Assembly: GCA_951406725.2 (NCBI GenBank)
Contig: OX597834.1
Span: 39,618,001-39,682,000 of the forward strand
Direction: 5' to 3'
Length of the DNA stretch: 64,000 nt
From: Octopus vulgaris
Lineage: Eukaryota
Shown here: piece by piece, positions 53,761 to 64,000 of the stretch
Layout of the letters: each line of letters starts with the position of its first letter
How positions within the stretch are numbered: position 1 is the first letter of the stretch
Made by a program: the position numbers and the translations under genes
Notes under the pieces: generated by a model
Database searches by the model: none
What the model was told of the DNA's origin: nothing
What the model saw: the letters and a program-made list of their open reading frames with translations, nothing else

Positions 53761-54729
53761 TTAGATAACATTTTCATACATCAATTGTTTCCTATCCATT
53801 TTGTCAATGGCTGGCACCAGTCATGTATCCGTTTTATCCCACTCACTAGAGTTGGACGGTCCGACTGGGGTCTGGGAAGCCAGGAGGCTCTGCACCAGAC
53901 CCCAATCTGATCTGGCACTGTTTCTACAGCTGGATGCCCTTCCTAATGCCAACCACTTTGAGAGTGTAGTGGGTGCTTTTTAAATGCCACCAGCACAGGG
54001 GCCAGGGGAGCTGGCATCAGCCACGTTCAGATGGTGCTTTTTAAATGCCGCCAGCACAGGGGCCAGTGGAGCTGGCATCAGCCACGATCGGATGGTGCTT
54101 TTTATCTGCCACCAGCACGGAGGGACACAACTACATTTGCCATTTGATTGTAATTTGATTTCATAAAATGAATAGAGCAGAATATTTGATCTGTAGAAGG
54201 CAGAGAGAAGGGGGGGGGGTAGAGGCCAGTGGAAACAGCGCATGAACAGCGAGTGGGGAGTGGGTGTGGATGGGGTGACACACAGAATAGCATGACAAGA
54301 AGAAACGATATCTGCTATGGCATGTGTGTACATAGATATCTGCAAAAGCCTCTCTTTCTCTCTCCCTATCTCTGTCTCCCCCGACAGGCACACCATAAGA
54401 TGCACAGACAAATGTAAGGAATGCAGTAATGAGCTGATGTGATGATTATTACCATAATTAGGGGGGGAGAGTGAGGTGTGTGGAGAGGTACTGGATCAGG
54501 TTTTTTTAAGGTATCATTTATCAATGTTGAAGGGTGTGCCCTTATATTGATAGAGGGAGAGAAAGAGGGGGGAAGGGGAAAAAGGAAAAGAGGGTGTTAA
54601 TAACGTTAAAGGGTGTGTCCCCGTGTTAAGGGAGAGAAGGGAGTTGTGGGTACAAGCCTTACATATAGGACATTTGGTAGTGTACAACTTCTGTTTACTA
54701 AAGTTGGGGTCTTTAAAGGGATACAATAA

Positions 54730-54767
<38 letters not shown>

Positions 54768-54774
54768 GAATGGA

Positions 54775-54810
<36 letters not shown>

Positions 54811-54979
54811 CTTACAATGACATTATGAATGGATACATGCATATATATATATATATATATATATAATCATCATATATATATATATATATATATATATCAT
54901 CATATATATATATATATATATATATCATCATATATATATATATATATATATATCATCATATATATATATATATATATAT

Positions 54980-55016
<37 letters not shown>

Positions 55017-55093
55017 TGGTTATATGTATGTATATATATATATATATATGAAAGGTTACATGGATATATATATATGAAAGGATATATGTATGC

Positions 55094-55128
<35 letters not shown>

Positions 55129-56209
55129 CATACACACACACACACACACATATATATGTATATGTTCACACATCAAGTGTTCCAAATACATTTGTGTGTG
55201 TATATATACATATCACATATATGAGTGTTACAGATATATATATATATATATATATATTTATATGTATGTATATGTGTGTGTGTGTTCATATATACATGTG
55301 TGTGTGTGTGTATAGAGAGAGCAACAGAGCATTCCATATCCATACACATTGTTTGCGTTGCGGTGAGGTGCTAAGAATCCCTCAACACATCTTTTACTGT
55401 TTGTGTATGGAAGTAAACGAGGGGGTAGAGTGGGGTAGTGGTGGTGGGTGGGGTTAGGGGTGTAGTTTCTATGACAGATCATTGCTACAGTATTTTTCCC
55501 TGTGTATGTGCGTGTGTCGGGGGTGTGGGGCATGAGGGGAATTGTATGTACTGGGGGTAGTGAGTAGGGTGGATGGGTGGGTTCATAAAATGACTATTGT
55601 TATTTGTTTGTTTTTTTTTTCTTCCTTCGAAATATTGACAAAACTGGAGGGTTGGGGGGTGTATGAGGTGGAGGGGGGGATTTATAAAAAAAAATGGGGA
55701 AAAAGTTCAAAAATAAACTTTTACGTAAGTTATCTTATTCTCAGCATCTTTAATTTATTATTGTTCTTCTTATTATTATTATCATCATCATCATCATCAT
55801 TAGACAAAAATGCTGAGTGGCATTTTCTCTGGTTCTTAACGTTCTAGGTTCAAATTCCACAGAGACTGACTCTGCCTTTCATCACTTCAGGGTTGATAAA
55901 ATAGATACCAGTTGCACACTGGAGTCAATCTAGCCGACTTAGCAACCGCTCCCCCACCAAAATTACTGGCCTTGTGCCAAAATTTGAAATCATTATTGTC
56001 ATTATCAACTATCCTTCTCCCCCACAAATTTCAGGCCTTGTGCCTATACTAGAAAGGATTATTATTGTTGTTGTTGTTGTTATTGTTATTATTATTATTA
56101 TTATTGTTATTATTATTATTATTATTATTGTTGTTATTATTATTATTATTGTTATTATTATTATTGTTATTATTATTATTATTATTATTATTGTTATTAT
56201 TATTATAGG

Positions 56210-56560
56210 TAGTGGGTAGCGATTTTCTTTACTACTTCAGGGAGTGACGACCCTGCCCGACACGAGTCCTGGGCTCAGCTGGCTCTGGTTGACAGTACCT
56301 GGAATGGACCCCTATCCAGAGTTACGGAAAGGAGACAACCTTCAAAGAAATCCAGAGTGGAGCCCCGTAGGCAGTTTAGTGTTCGTCTCGACACTCTTCC
56401 GGCAGCTCCTGCAACCAAGCTGGTGCCAAACGTAATGCTCTGCACTCGTTTGGGCTACGTCAGCAAGGTCAAGAGAGGAATCCTGACGATTGGGCTACCC
56501 AGGAGTTTCTTACATCCAGCCCAGGCCTGCGCAAAACAGGAGAGGACATGAAATGTAAAA
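56210..56560 (+). mobile_element. GC-richer fragment, probably an RTE-type LINE 5' UTR
   Basis: aaatccagagtggagcccc...gcagctcctgcaaccaagctggtgccaaacgta resembles RTE 5' regions as I recall them. Flanked by (TTA)n. Confidence 0.35.
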
Positions 56561-56660
56561 ACCAGACTGGATTAGTTTATGCAGAACTCCATGGTCTCCT
56601 GAGACAAAAAGATTACAACAAATTATTATTATCATTATTATTATTATTATTATTATTATT

Positions 56661-57055
56661 AGGCATGGCTGTGTGGTAAGAAGTTTGCTTCTCAACCACA
56701 TGGTTCCAGGTTCAGTGCCATTGCATGGCACCTTGGGCAAGTGTCTTCTACTATAACCTTGGGCCAACCAAAGCCTTGTGTGTGGATCTGGTAGACAGAA
56801 ACTGAAAGAAGCTGGTCGTATACATATGTATGTGTGTGTGTGTGTGGTTGTGTGTTGGTGTTTGTCCCCCAACCATTGCTCGACAGCCGATGGTGTGTTT
56901 ACATCCCCATAACTTAGTGGTTAGGCAAAAGAGACCGAGAAAATAAGTACTAGGCTTACAAAGAGTAAGTCCTGGGGTTGATTTGCTCGACTAAAGGCGG
57001 TGCTCCAGCATGGCCACAGTCACATGACTGAAACAAGTAAAAGGGTAAAAGAGTA
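56661..57055 (+). mobile_element. Major SINE copy
   Basis: Family match. Confidence 0.85.
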
Positions 57056-58282
57056 AACTTGAAGAACAGAGAATGAGAAGCTCTCTGTTTCTCTGTCTGT
57101 CTGTCTCTCTCTCTCTCACACACACACATAAAGAAGAGAGAGAAAGAAGGAAGGACAGAGAGATGCTGGTATTTTCATCAAAATAACACAAGTTACCACA
57201 TGTAAGGGATGATGACATTTAATTCTTTCTATCTTCATCCTTGACAGATCCACATTCGGCATTGCACTGCCATGGACCTTGTGCCAAGATTTCAATCAAT
57301 TACTATTACCATCATTCTGCCAACGTCGACTTTGCCTTTCATCTATTCAGGGTCAACAAATTAAGTACCAGTTGAGCGCTGGGGGTCAATATGATCAACT
57401 TAACCCCTCTCCTGAACTTGCTGGCCTTGTGCCAAAATTTGAAACCACCACCATCATCATCATCATCATCATCGTTATTATTATTATTGTTGTTATTATG
57501 ATTAAGGTAGCAAGCTGGCAGAATTGTTAGCATGCCAGATAAAATGCTCAATGGTACTTTTTTCTGTCACTATGTTCTGAGTTCAAATTCCACCAAGGTC
57601 GACTTTGCCTTTCATCCTTTCAGTGTCAATAAATTAAGTACCAGTGAAATGCTGGGGTTGATGTAACTGACTAGACCCCCTCCTGACAAACTCCAGGCCT
57701 TAGGCCTTTAGTAGAAAGGATTATTACTATTATTATTGGCGTTAGGAAGTGCATCCAACCGTAGAAACATTGCCAGATCAGACTGGGTCTGGTGCAGCCT
57801 TCTGGCTTCCCAGACCCCAGTTGAACCGTCCAACCCATGCTAGCATGGAAAGCGGACGCTAAACGATGATGATGATGATTATTATTATTATTATTATTAT
57901 TATCATTATTATTGTTATTGTTATCCTTATCCTCATCAAGGTGGCAAGCTGGCAGAATCATTAACATGCTAGTCGAGATGCTCAACAGCATTTCATCCAT
58001 CTTTACATTCTGAGATCAAATTCTGCTGTGGTCGACTTTTGCCTTTTATCCTACTGGGGTTGATATAACTGACTATACCCCTACTAAATACCAGGCCTCG
58101 TGCATATAGGAGACAGGATTATTATTTACATGCCTACAATTTTAAGTTAAGCCGACTGTAGTAGTAGTAGTAGTAGCAGCAGCAGTGTACCTTACAGAAA
58201 CAAGATGCAAATCCTTCCCACACACAAATTATCAATTCATTTTAAGTGAACCATATTAACGAGATTTATCCATTTTCTTTTC

Positions 58283-58299
58283 AGGTCATTTACAGGTCA
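58283..58299 (+). promoter_or_regulatory. Perfect DR5 nuclear-receptor element AGGTCA-tttac-AGGTCA
   Basis: Exact motif in unique sequence beside TAAT/ATTA clusters and CACGTCA. Confidence 0.35.
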
Positions 58300-60404
58300 G
58301 TCTTCGTTATCTATAATTGCTGTTAATTAGTGATTAATTAGACGACAGGCACGTCATCAGCGGCTTTCAATTTTAATTACAATGGTTTCATGCAGAAGCA
58401 ATTTATTGTGGCACTTTTGTTAATTAACATGAGAATAATGAAGTAAGTTTGATTACATAAATCGTTATTAGATGTTATTGATATCGGAACATAAATATAT
58501 ATTGAACCTATTCAGAATGTTGATCCCAGCTAATGGCCTTCCTTGCCTGGCAACCAGACAACCCCAAGTTGATAATGGTCTTTCATGCTTAGCAACTAGA
58601 CAGGCCCCGTATTCATAACGGTCGTTCCATGCCTAGCAACCAGACAATCTCATGTTGTTGACAATCTTTCTTGAACTCATAAACAATTCTGAGTTTACAT
58701 CAATGTTTATCTATTTCATATTATCGACCGTGTTCTTGTAAAGACCTGTTGCCGATTCCATTCCTCCAGTTGTATAATGCACCGTTTTTCACTGGCATTA
58801 ACCCTTTCGTTACCAACCCAGCTGAAACCAGCTCTGGCTCTGAGTACAAATGTCTTGTTTTCATAAGTTTTGAATCAAAATCTTTCACCAAATCTTGGGG
58901 TTTGATGGGTTTTAGTCAAACAAATCAACCCCAGGACTCATGCGTTCTTTTTGTAAAAAACCCATCATAGATTGGGTTTTTTAATGCCCCCCCCCATAAC
59001 TTAGCAGTTTGGCAAAAGAGATCAACAAAATTAAGTGCAGACTTAAAAATGAACGCATGAGTACTGGGGTCGATTTGTTTGACTAGAACCCATCAAACCC
59101 CAGTGTTCTAGCATGGTCACAGTCCAATGACAGAAACAGGCAAAGAAGATAAAGACGTGTGTGTATGTGTTTGCCCGTGTGTGTGTGTGGGTCTGTACAT
59201 ACACGTGTGTTTCACATGTATAAGGGGTGAACAATGTATAAACACTGAAAAGTCATTGCTTTTTGAATGAAGCCTGTTGTAATATTTGTTCTGCTTTGAG
59301 TTACAGACAATCCCCTTGTCATTACCGGTATCAGAAAAGCAGCGATTGGTCTAATCCTGTAACCACCAACACATGTTTTCACTAACGTAAAATGAAAAAC
59401 CAATAATAATAATAATAATAATAATATAGAAAATAAACCAAGAAAAAATACTATTAAAAAAAAAATAATGGTAGACTGTACTTAGCTCAATTCTGCAGAT
59501 AGATATCAGAAGAAGGAACTTTTGGTAAATTACACCAAAATACATTGTTAGAAATATATTTCTACAAGAATCCCAGAGAGAGAGAGACAGAGAGGCAGAC
59601 AGGCAAGGAGAGAGAAAGAGAGAAATAAGCTTTAGAGTTTTGAGAGAAGACATCTGGAGAATTAATTCTACAGTGTTTGTAGAATGCAAAGCCAAATATT
59701 GACGTGTATTTATGATATGGCAATTTGGAATCAAGCACTTTTGCTTTTTCTTTGCTTTTTTTTTTCTTTTAGTGTCTGCTTCTATGCCATTCCATCCCAG
59801 TCCATCCTACGTAACTCCTTCACAATGTTTGCAAGTTTGTAATTTCAAACTATTTAAATGGAGATATGCTTTCTTAAGCCGAAATTAGTGGATGCAACTG
59901 AGATAGAAACGAAATTATAAATTAATAAAAGGTTTCGTTTATTTGTTAGTTTGTTTGTTTTTTGCAACTGTTTTAAAATGAAACTGAATTTGAATTTAAA
60001 ATTTGAAAAAAAAAAAAAAAAATTATTCTTGGAATTGGTAAAATATTGAATTTAGGTTCTTATTGGAATTTCAATTGAAATCTCACATGCCACCCCCACC
60101 CCACCTCCAACCACTTTAGTTTTTCAAAAGCTGCTGGTTTTAAAGTATTTAATAACAATTCCTGTCCCCCCCCCCCTGCCGTTCTTCATATGGTGCCAAC
60201 ATAAAGAAAAACGTTTATTTTTGTTTTCCTTTAAAGTTAACTCTTCAAGAAAGTATAAGATTTGTAAAGAGCTCCAGTTTCAACAGATGTGAGACAAATC
60301 TTCCCTGGAGAGGATGCTACCATAAAATGGTTAAAACTTTTCCTCAGAAAAGTTCCTGATTTCTGTCCAAGAGCCAGGTCAACTCGAAGTAATAATATTT
60401 AAAT

Positions 60405-60860
60405 AGTGCCACATAACAAGCACTGGTGCTGTGCCACGTAAAAAGCACTTGTAATGGTGCCACTTAAAAAGCACTTGTGATGGTGCCACGTAAAAAGCAC
60501 CGGTGAAGGTGCCATGTAAAAGACACTGGGGTTGATGCTATGTAAATAGCACTGATGCCGGTGCCACGTAAGAAGCAGTGGTACTAGTGTCACATGAAAA
60601 GCACTGGTTATGGTGCCACGTAAAAAGCAGTCGTGATGGTGCCACATGAAAACCACTGATGCTGGTGCCCATGTAGAGAGCACTCAACGCACCTTGTAAA
60701 GTGGTTGGCATAATTAGGAAGGGCAACTAACCATTGAAACCATGCAAAAAGAGACAAGTGGAACTTGGTGCAGCTCCTACCCTTGCCAGCTCCTGTCAAG
60801 CTGTCCAACTCATGCCAGCATGGAAAACGAACTTTAAATGATGATGATGATGATGATGAT
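60405..60860 (+). repeat. 26-bp tandem array running into the RTE-type 3' UTR and (GAT)n tail
   Basis: About 10 ggtgccacgtaaaaagcac units, followed by the tail family. Confidence 0.8.
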
Positions 60861-61524
60861 CTATGAAACAGATCTGATCTCACTCACACACATCTGAGAC
60901 CCACATTATTGCACTATTTACACTTTAAGGACAGTACTGCTGTTACACACAGACCCTCACGCATTCTAGACTCATGTTACAGTTCTGTTTACATACTGCT
61001 CTTACACACATCCACGACCTACATCTCAAAGAAGGGCAATCACCCAATTGACTATCAACAACACACAGCAATAACTGGATCACAAATATACTATGTCCTC
61101 TCTTGCTGTCTCTCCTGCCACTACTACATCTACTTTAGCTCCTCTAAAACAGCTAATTACACACAAAGACACACTGACACACACACACACAAGACCTGTG
61201 TTAGAGTGCTGCTTACAGACACGGGACAATGCTGCTGTTACACACACACACACACACACACATCTGAGACCCACATTACTGCACTATTTACATTTTAAGG
61301 ACAATGTCACTGTTACACACACACACACACACAAACCCTCACACTTCCTAGACTCATATTACAGAACTGTTTACATACAGCTGTTACACAGTCACAGTAC
61401 AACTGTTTCACACACACACAAACACAATACAATTTTAAACATACACACATACACAAACACACACTTCCTAGACCTACATCTCAAAGACAGGCTATTATTA
61501 CCCTATGGGCAATCAACAACATAC

Positions 61525-61725
61525 TTTTCGGAAACATTTTTTCACGCTCAGAGTTGCTGAAGCATGGAATAAACTGCCTGCGTCAGTTGTTGACTGCCAT
61601 GACACTGCAACCTTTAAGGCCCTCATGCTTTCCGAAATCCGCCGAAACTACATCTGATTATATATACACTTTAGATGAGTTGTAGTGCACCTGAGCACTG
61701 TACACAATTATTATTATTATTATTA
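61525..61725 (+). mobile_element. CR1-type LINE extreme 3' end
   Basis: Reads FRKHFFTLRVAEAWNKLPASVV, then gtgcacctgagcactgta and (ATT)n. Confidence 0.8.
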
Positions 61726-61779
61726 TAACTGGAGCACAAATGTACTGTGTCCTCTCTTGCTGTCTTTCCTACCACTACT

Positions 61780-62040
61780 GTGTCCTCTCTTGTGAAAGGT
61801 AGGAGAGTCCAGTTTGCTGGACATTGTTGTAGAGCTGAAAATGGGGTAATTTCTACTCTTCTCCTCTAGAAGCCATCTACCCGCAATACCAGAGGGCGCA
61901 CACTCTCCTACCCTGATGTAATCTCCAGGGATACAGGCATCCAGCAACAGGACCTTTGTAATGCCATGATGGACCGTGAAGTCTGGCGTAGCATGGTAAA
62001 TTCCATTGTCTCGACCACGGTCGAATAATGATGATGATGA
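61780..62040 (+). mobile_element. RTE/RTEX-like LINE 3' end
   Basis: Reads RRVQFAGHCCRAE...LLL*KP...AMMDREVWR...* followed by (TGA)n. Confidence 0.75.
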
Positions 62041-62114
62041 ATACTAGACATTTCAGCTCATCTAAAACAGCTAATTACACACAAACACACACACATATAT
62101 ATATTTATGTGTGA

Positions 62115-62150
<36 letters not shown>

Positions 62151-62585
62151 CAGAATGAATGTTTACAATCTACACAAAGCCGTAGTTATGCACGCTGTGG
62201 CGCCACATACGAAGAGCACTTGTGTTACTCTCTTCTTACTCTTTCACTTGTTTCAGTCGTTTGAGTGCGGCCATGCTGGAGCACCGCCTTTAGTCGAGCA
62301 AATTGACCCCAGGACTTATTTTTTTGTAAGCCTAGTACTTATTCTATCGGTCACTTTTTGCCGAACTGCTAAGTTATGGGGACATAAACACACCAGCATC
62401 AGTTGTCAAGCGATGTTGGGGGGGGGGGGGGGGCAAACACAGACATATACAAGGCATCCAGTTGTAGAAACACTGCCAGATCAGACTGGGCCTGGTGCAG
62501 CCTTCTGGCTTCCCAGAACCTGGTCGAACCGTCCAACCCATGCTAGCATGGACAGCGGACGCTAAACGATGATGATGATGATGAT

Positions 62586-62961
62586 ATAGGCGCAGGAGTG
62601 GCTGTGTGGTAAGTAGCTTGCTTACCAACCACATGGTTCCGGGTTCAGTCCTACTGCGTGGCATCTAGGACAAGTGTCTTCTGCTATAGCCCCGGGCCGA
62701 CCAATGCCTTGTGAGTGGATTTGGTAGACAGAAACTGAAAGAAGCCTGTCATATATATGTTTGTGTTTGTTCCCCTAGCATTGCTTGACAACCGATGCTG
62801 GTGTGTTTACGTCACTTAGTGGTTCGGCAAAAGGGACCAATAGAATAAGTACTGGGCTTACAAGGAATAAGTCCTGGGGTCGATTTGCTCGACTAAAGGT
62901 GTTGCTCCAGCATGGCCGCAGTCAAATGACTGAAACAAGTAAAAGAGTAAAAGAAAAGAGT
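62586..62961 (+). mobile_element. Major SINE copy, with an inverted partial copy at ~62227-62450
   Basis: Family match. Confidence 0.87.
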
Positions 62962-63754
62962 AATACGACAGGCTTTTTTCAGTTTCCATCAAGTGAACTC
63001 ACTGACAAGGCATGGGTTGGCCCAGGGCTATAGTAGAAGACACTTGCTGGTACAGTGTCTTTTTTTTTTATTATTTTGACCCCAAAAGCTGGCAGGGTGT
63101 GATTTCAGGTAGATTTTGTGTGTGTGTGTGTGGGGGGGGGAGTCCTGTTTCTAGCAATTAGAAAGACATATGGTAACAATATGAAACACAGGATCCACTA
63201 AGCCAGCTTGGTGCTACACACACACACACACAGAGCAGTGAACTAATTCTAAAATATTTACGTAATTCCTCCGTAGTCAAATGTTTACAACATTGCTTCC
63301 ACAGAACCAATAATTTTCAAGAAGATTCTTCCATTTAAATCCCCTCCTCTTCCTCCTTCTTCCCGCCATTTCTTTCGATTCTCCAGTTCTTGCAGCAGAG
63401 TAATTAATATGCGTGAGACAGAAGAATGGTACCATGCTTCAAAAGTGAAATCCAGTTGAGAGAAAAGAAGCTGAATTTTTTCAAAGATATATGTGTGTGT
63501 GTGTGCATGTCTCCCTCTCTCTGCCTCACACACAAAATATTGATGTTTCGGTTATGGTTGGTTACATTCTCATTACTTCAGTTTTCTTTCCAGATGGCAA
63601 TCATCAGATAGTAAATGAACTGTAGAGGGTCTGTAATAAGTTAAAGCTTTTTACAGGACTGCAATATTTACTCAACGTATTTCGTCTCTCTTTACGTTCT
63701 GAGTTCAAATTCCGAGGTCAACTTTGCCTTTCATACTTTTGGGGTCAATAAATT

Positions 63755-64000
63755 AAGTACCAGCCGCATACTGGGATTGATCTAATCGACTTCCCCATCC
63801 ACCTCCCCCAAAAAATTGCAGGCTTTGTGCCTAAAGTAGAAAAGAATTACTTTCAGTATCGATAAAGTACCAGTTGCGTACTGGGGTTGATCTAATCGAC
63901 TGCCCCATCCACCTCCCCAAAAATTGCGGGCTTTGTGCCTGGAGTAGAAAAGAATTACTTTCAGTATCGATAAAGTACCAGTTGCGTACTGGGGTTGATC
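63755..64000 (+). repeat. Tandem ~109-bp reiteration of a SINE 3' half, running off the window edge
   Basis: aagtaccag...ctgggg(t)tgatctaatcgact..cccatccacctcccc... occurs twice, and a third copy starts at the edge. Confidence 0.85.

Noticed and set aside
56210-56330. HDV-like ribozyme in the putative RTE 5' UTR
   Set aside because: I could not build the nested double pseudoknot by eye. It needs a motif search.
61886-61900. Second CTCF-like motif ATACCAGAGGGCGCA
   Set aside because: It lies in the coding remnant of a LINE and has a weaker 5' half.
63285-63533. Minus-strand ORF as an upstream exon
   Set aside because: No family motif and only weak splice sites. The KRTKS-containing exon was not found anywhere in the window.

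Overview
Eukaryotic, AT-rich, repeat-dense DNA. The SINE/LINE families and the (AT)n/(AC)n load point to an octopus (coleoid cephalopod) genome; this is an inference from repeat content. The window holds the middle and most of the 3' part of one large minus-strand gene of the SynGAP/DAB2IP/RASAL2 (nGAP) RasGAP family. I reconstructed 14 in-frame coding exons from 38551 down to 7670 (PH C-terminal half, C2, RasGAP, and a 1575-nt Ser-rich exon), plus a likely 33-nt microexon at 3748-3780, about 1050 aa in total. The N-terminal exons and the C-terminal coiled-coil exons were not found and probably lie outside the window. One intron needs a GC donor. There are candidate alternative first and last exons. 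Introns are packed with tRNA-SINEs, RTE and CR1 LINE remnants, Tc1/mariner, hAT and Helentron-type fragments, minisatellites and fold-backs. The most unusual signal is a set of hammerhead-ribozyme motifs, including an intact-looking one fused to a tRNA/Pol III head in a TSD-flanked ~270-bp element (37258-37527). Almost all ORFs in the supplied track are repeat artefacts. Repeat boundaries are approximate.
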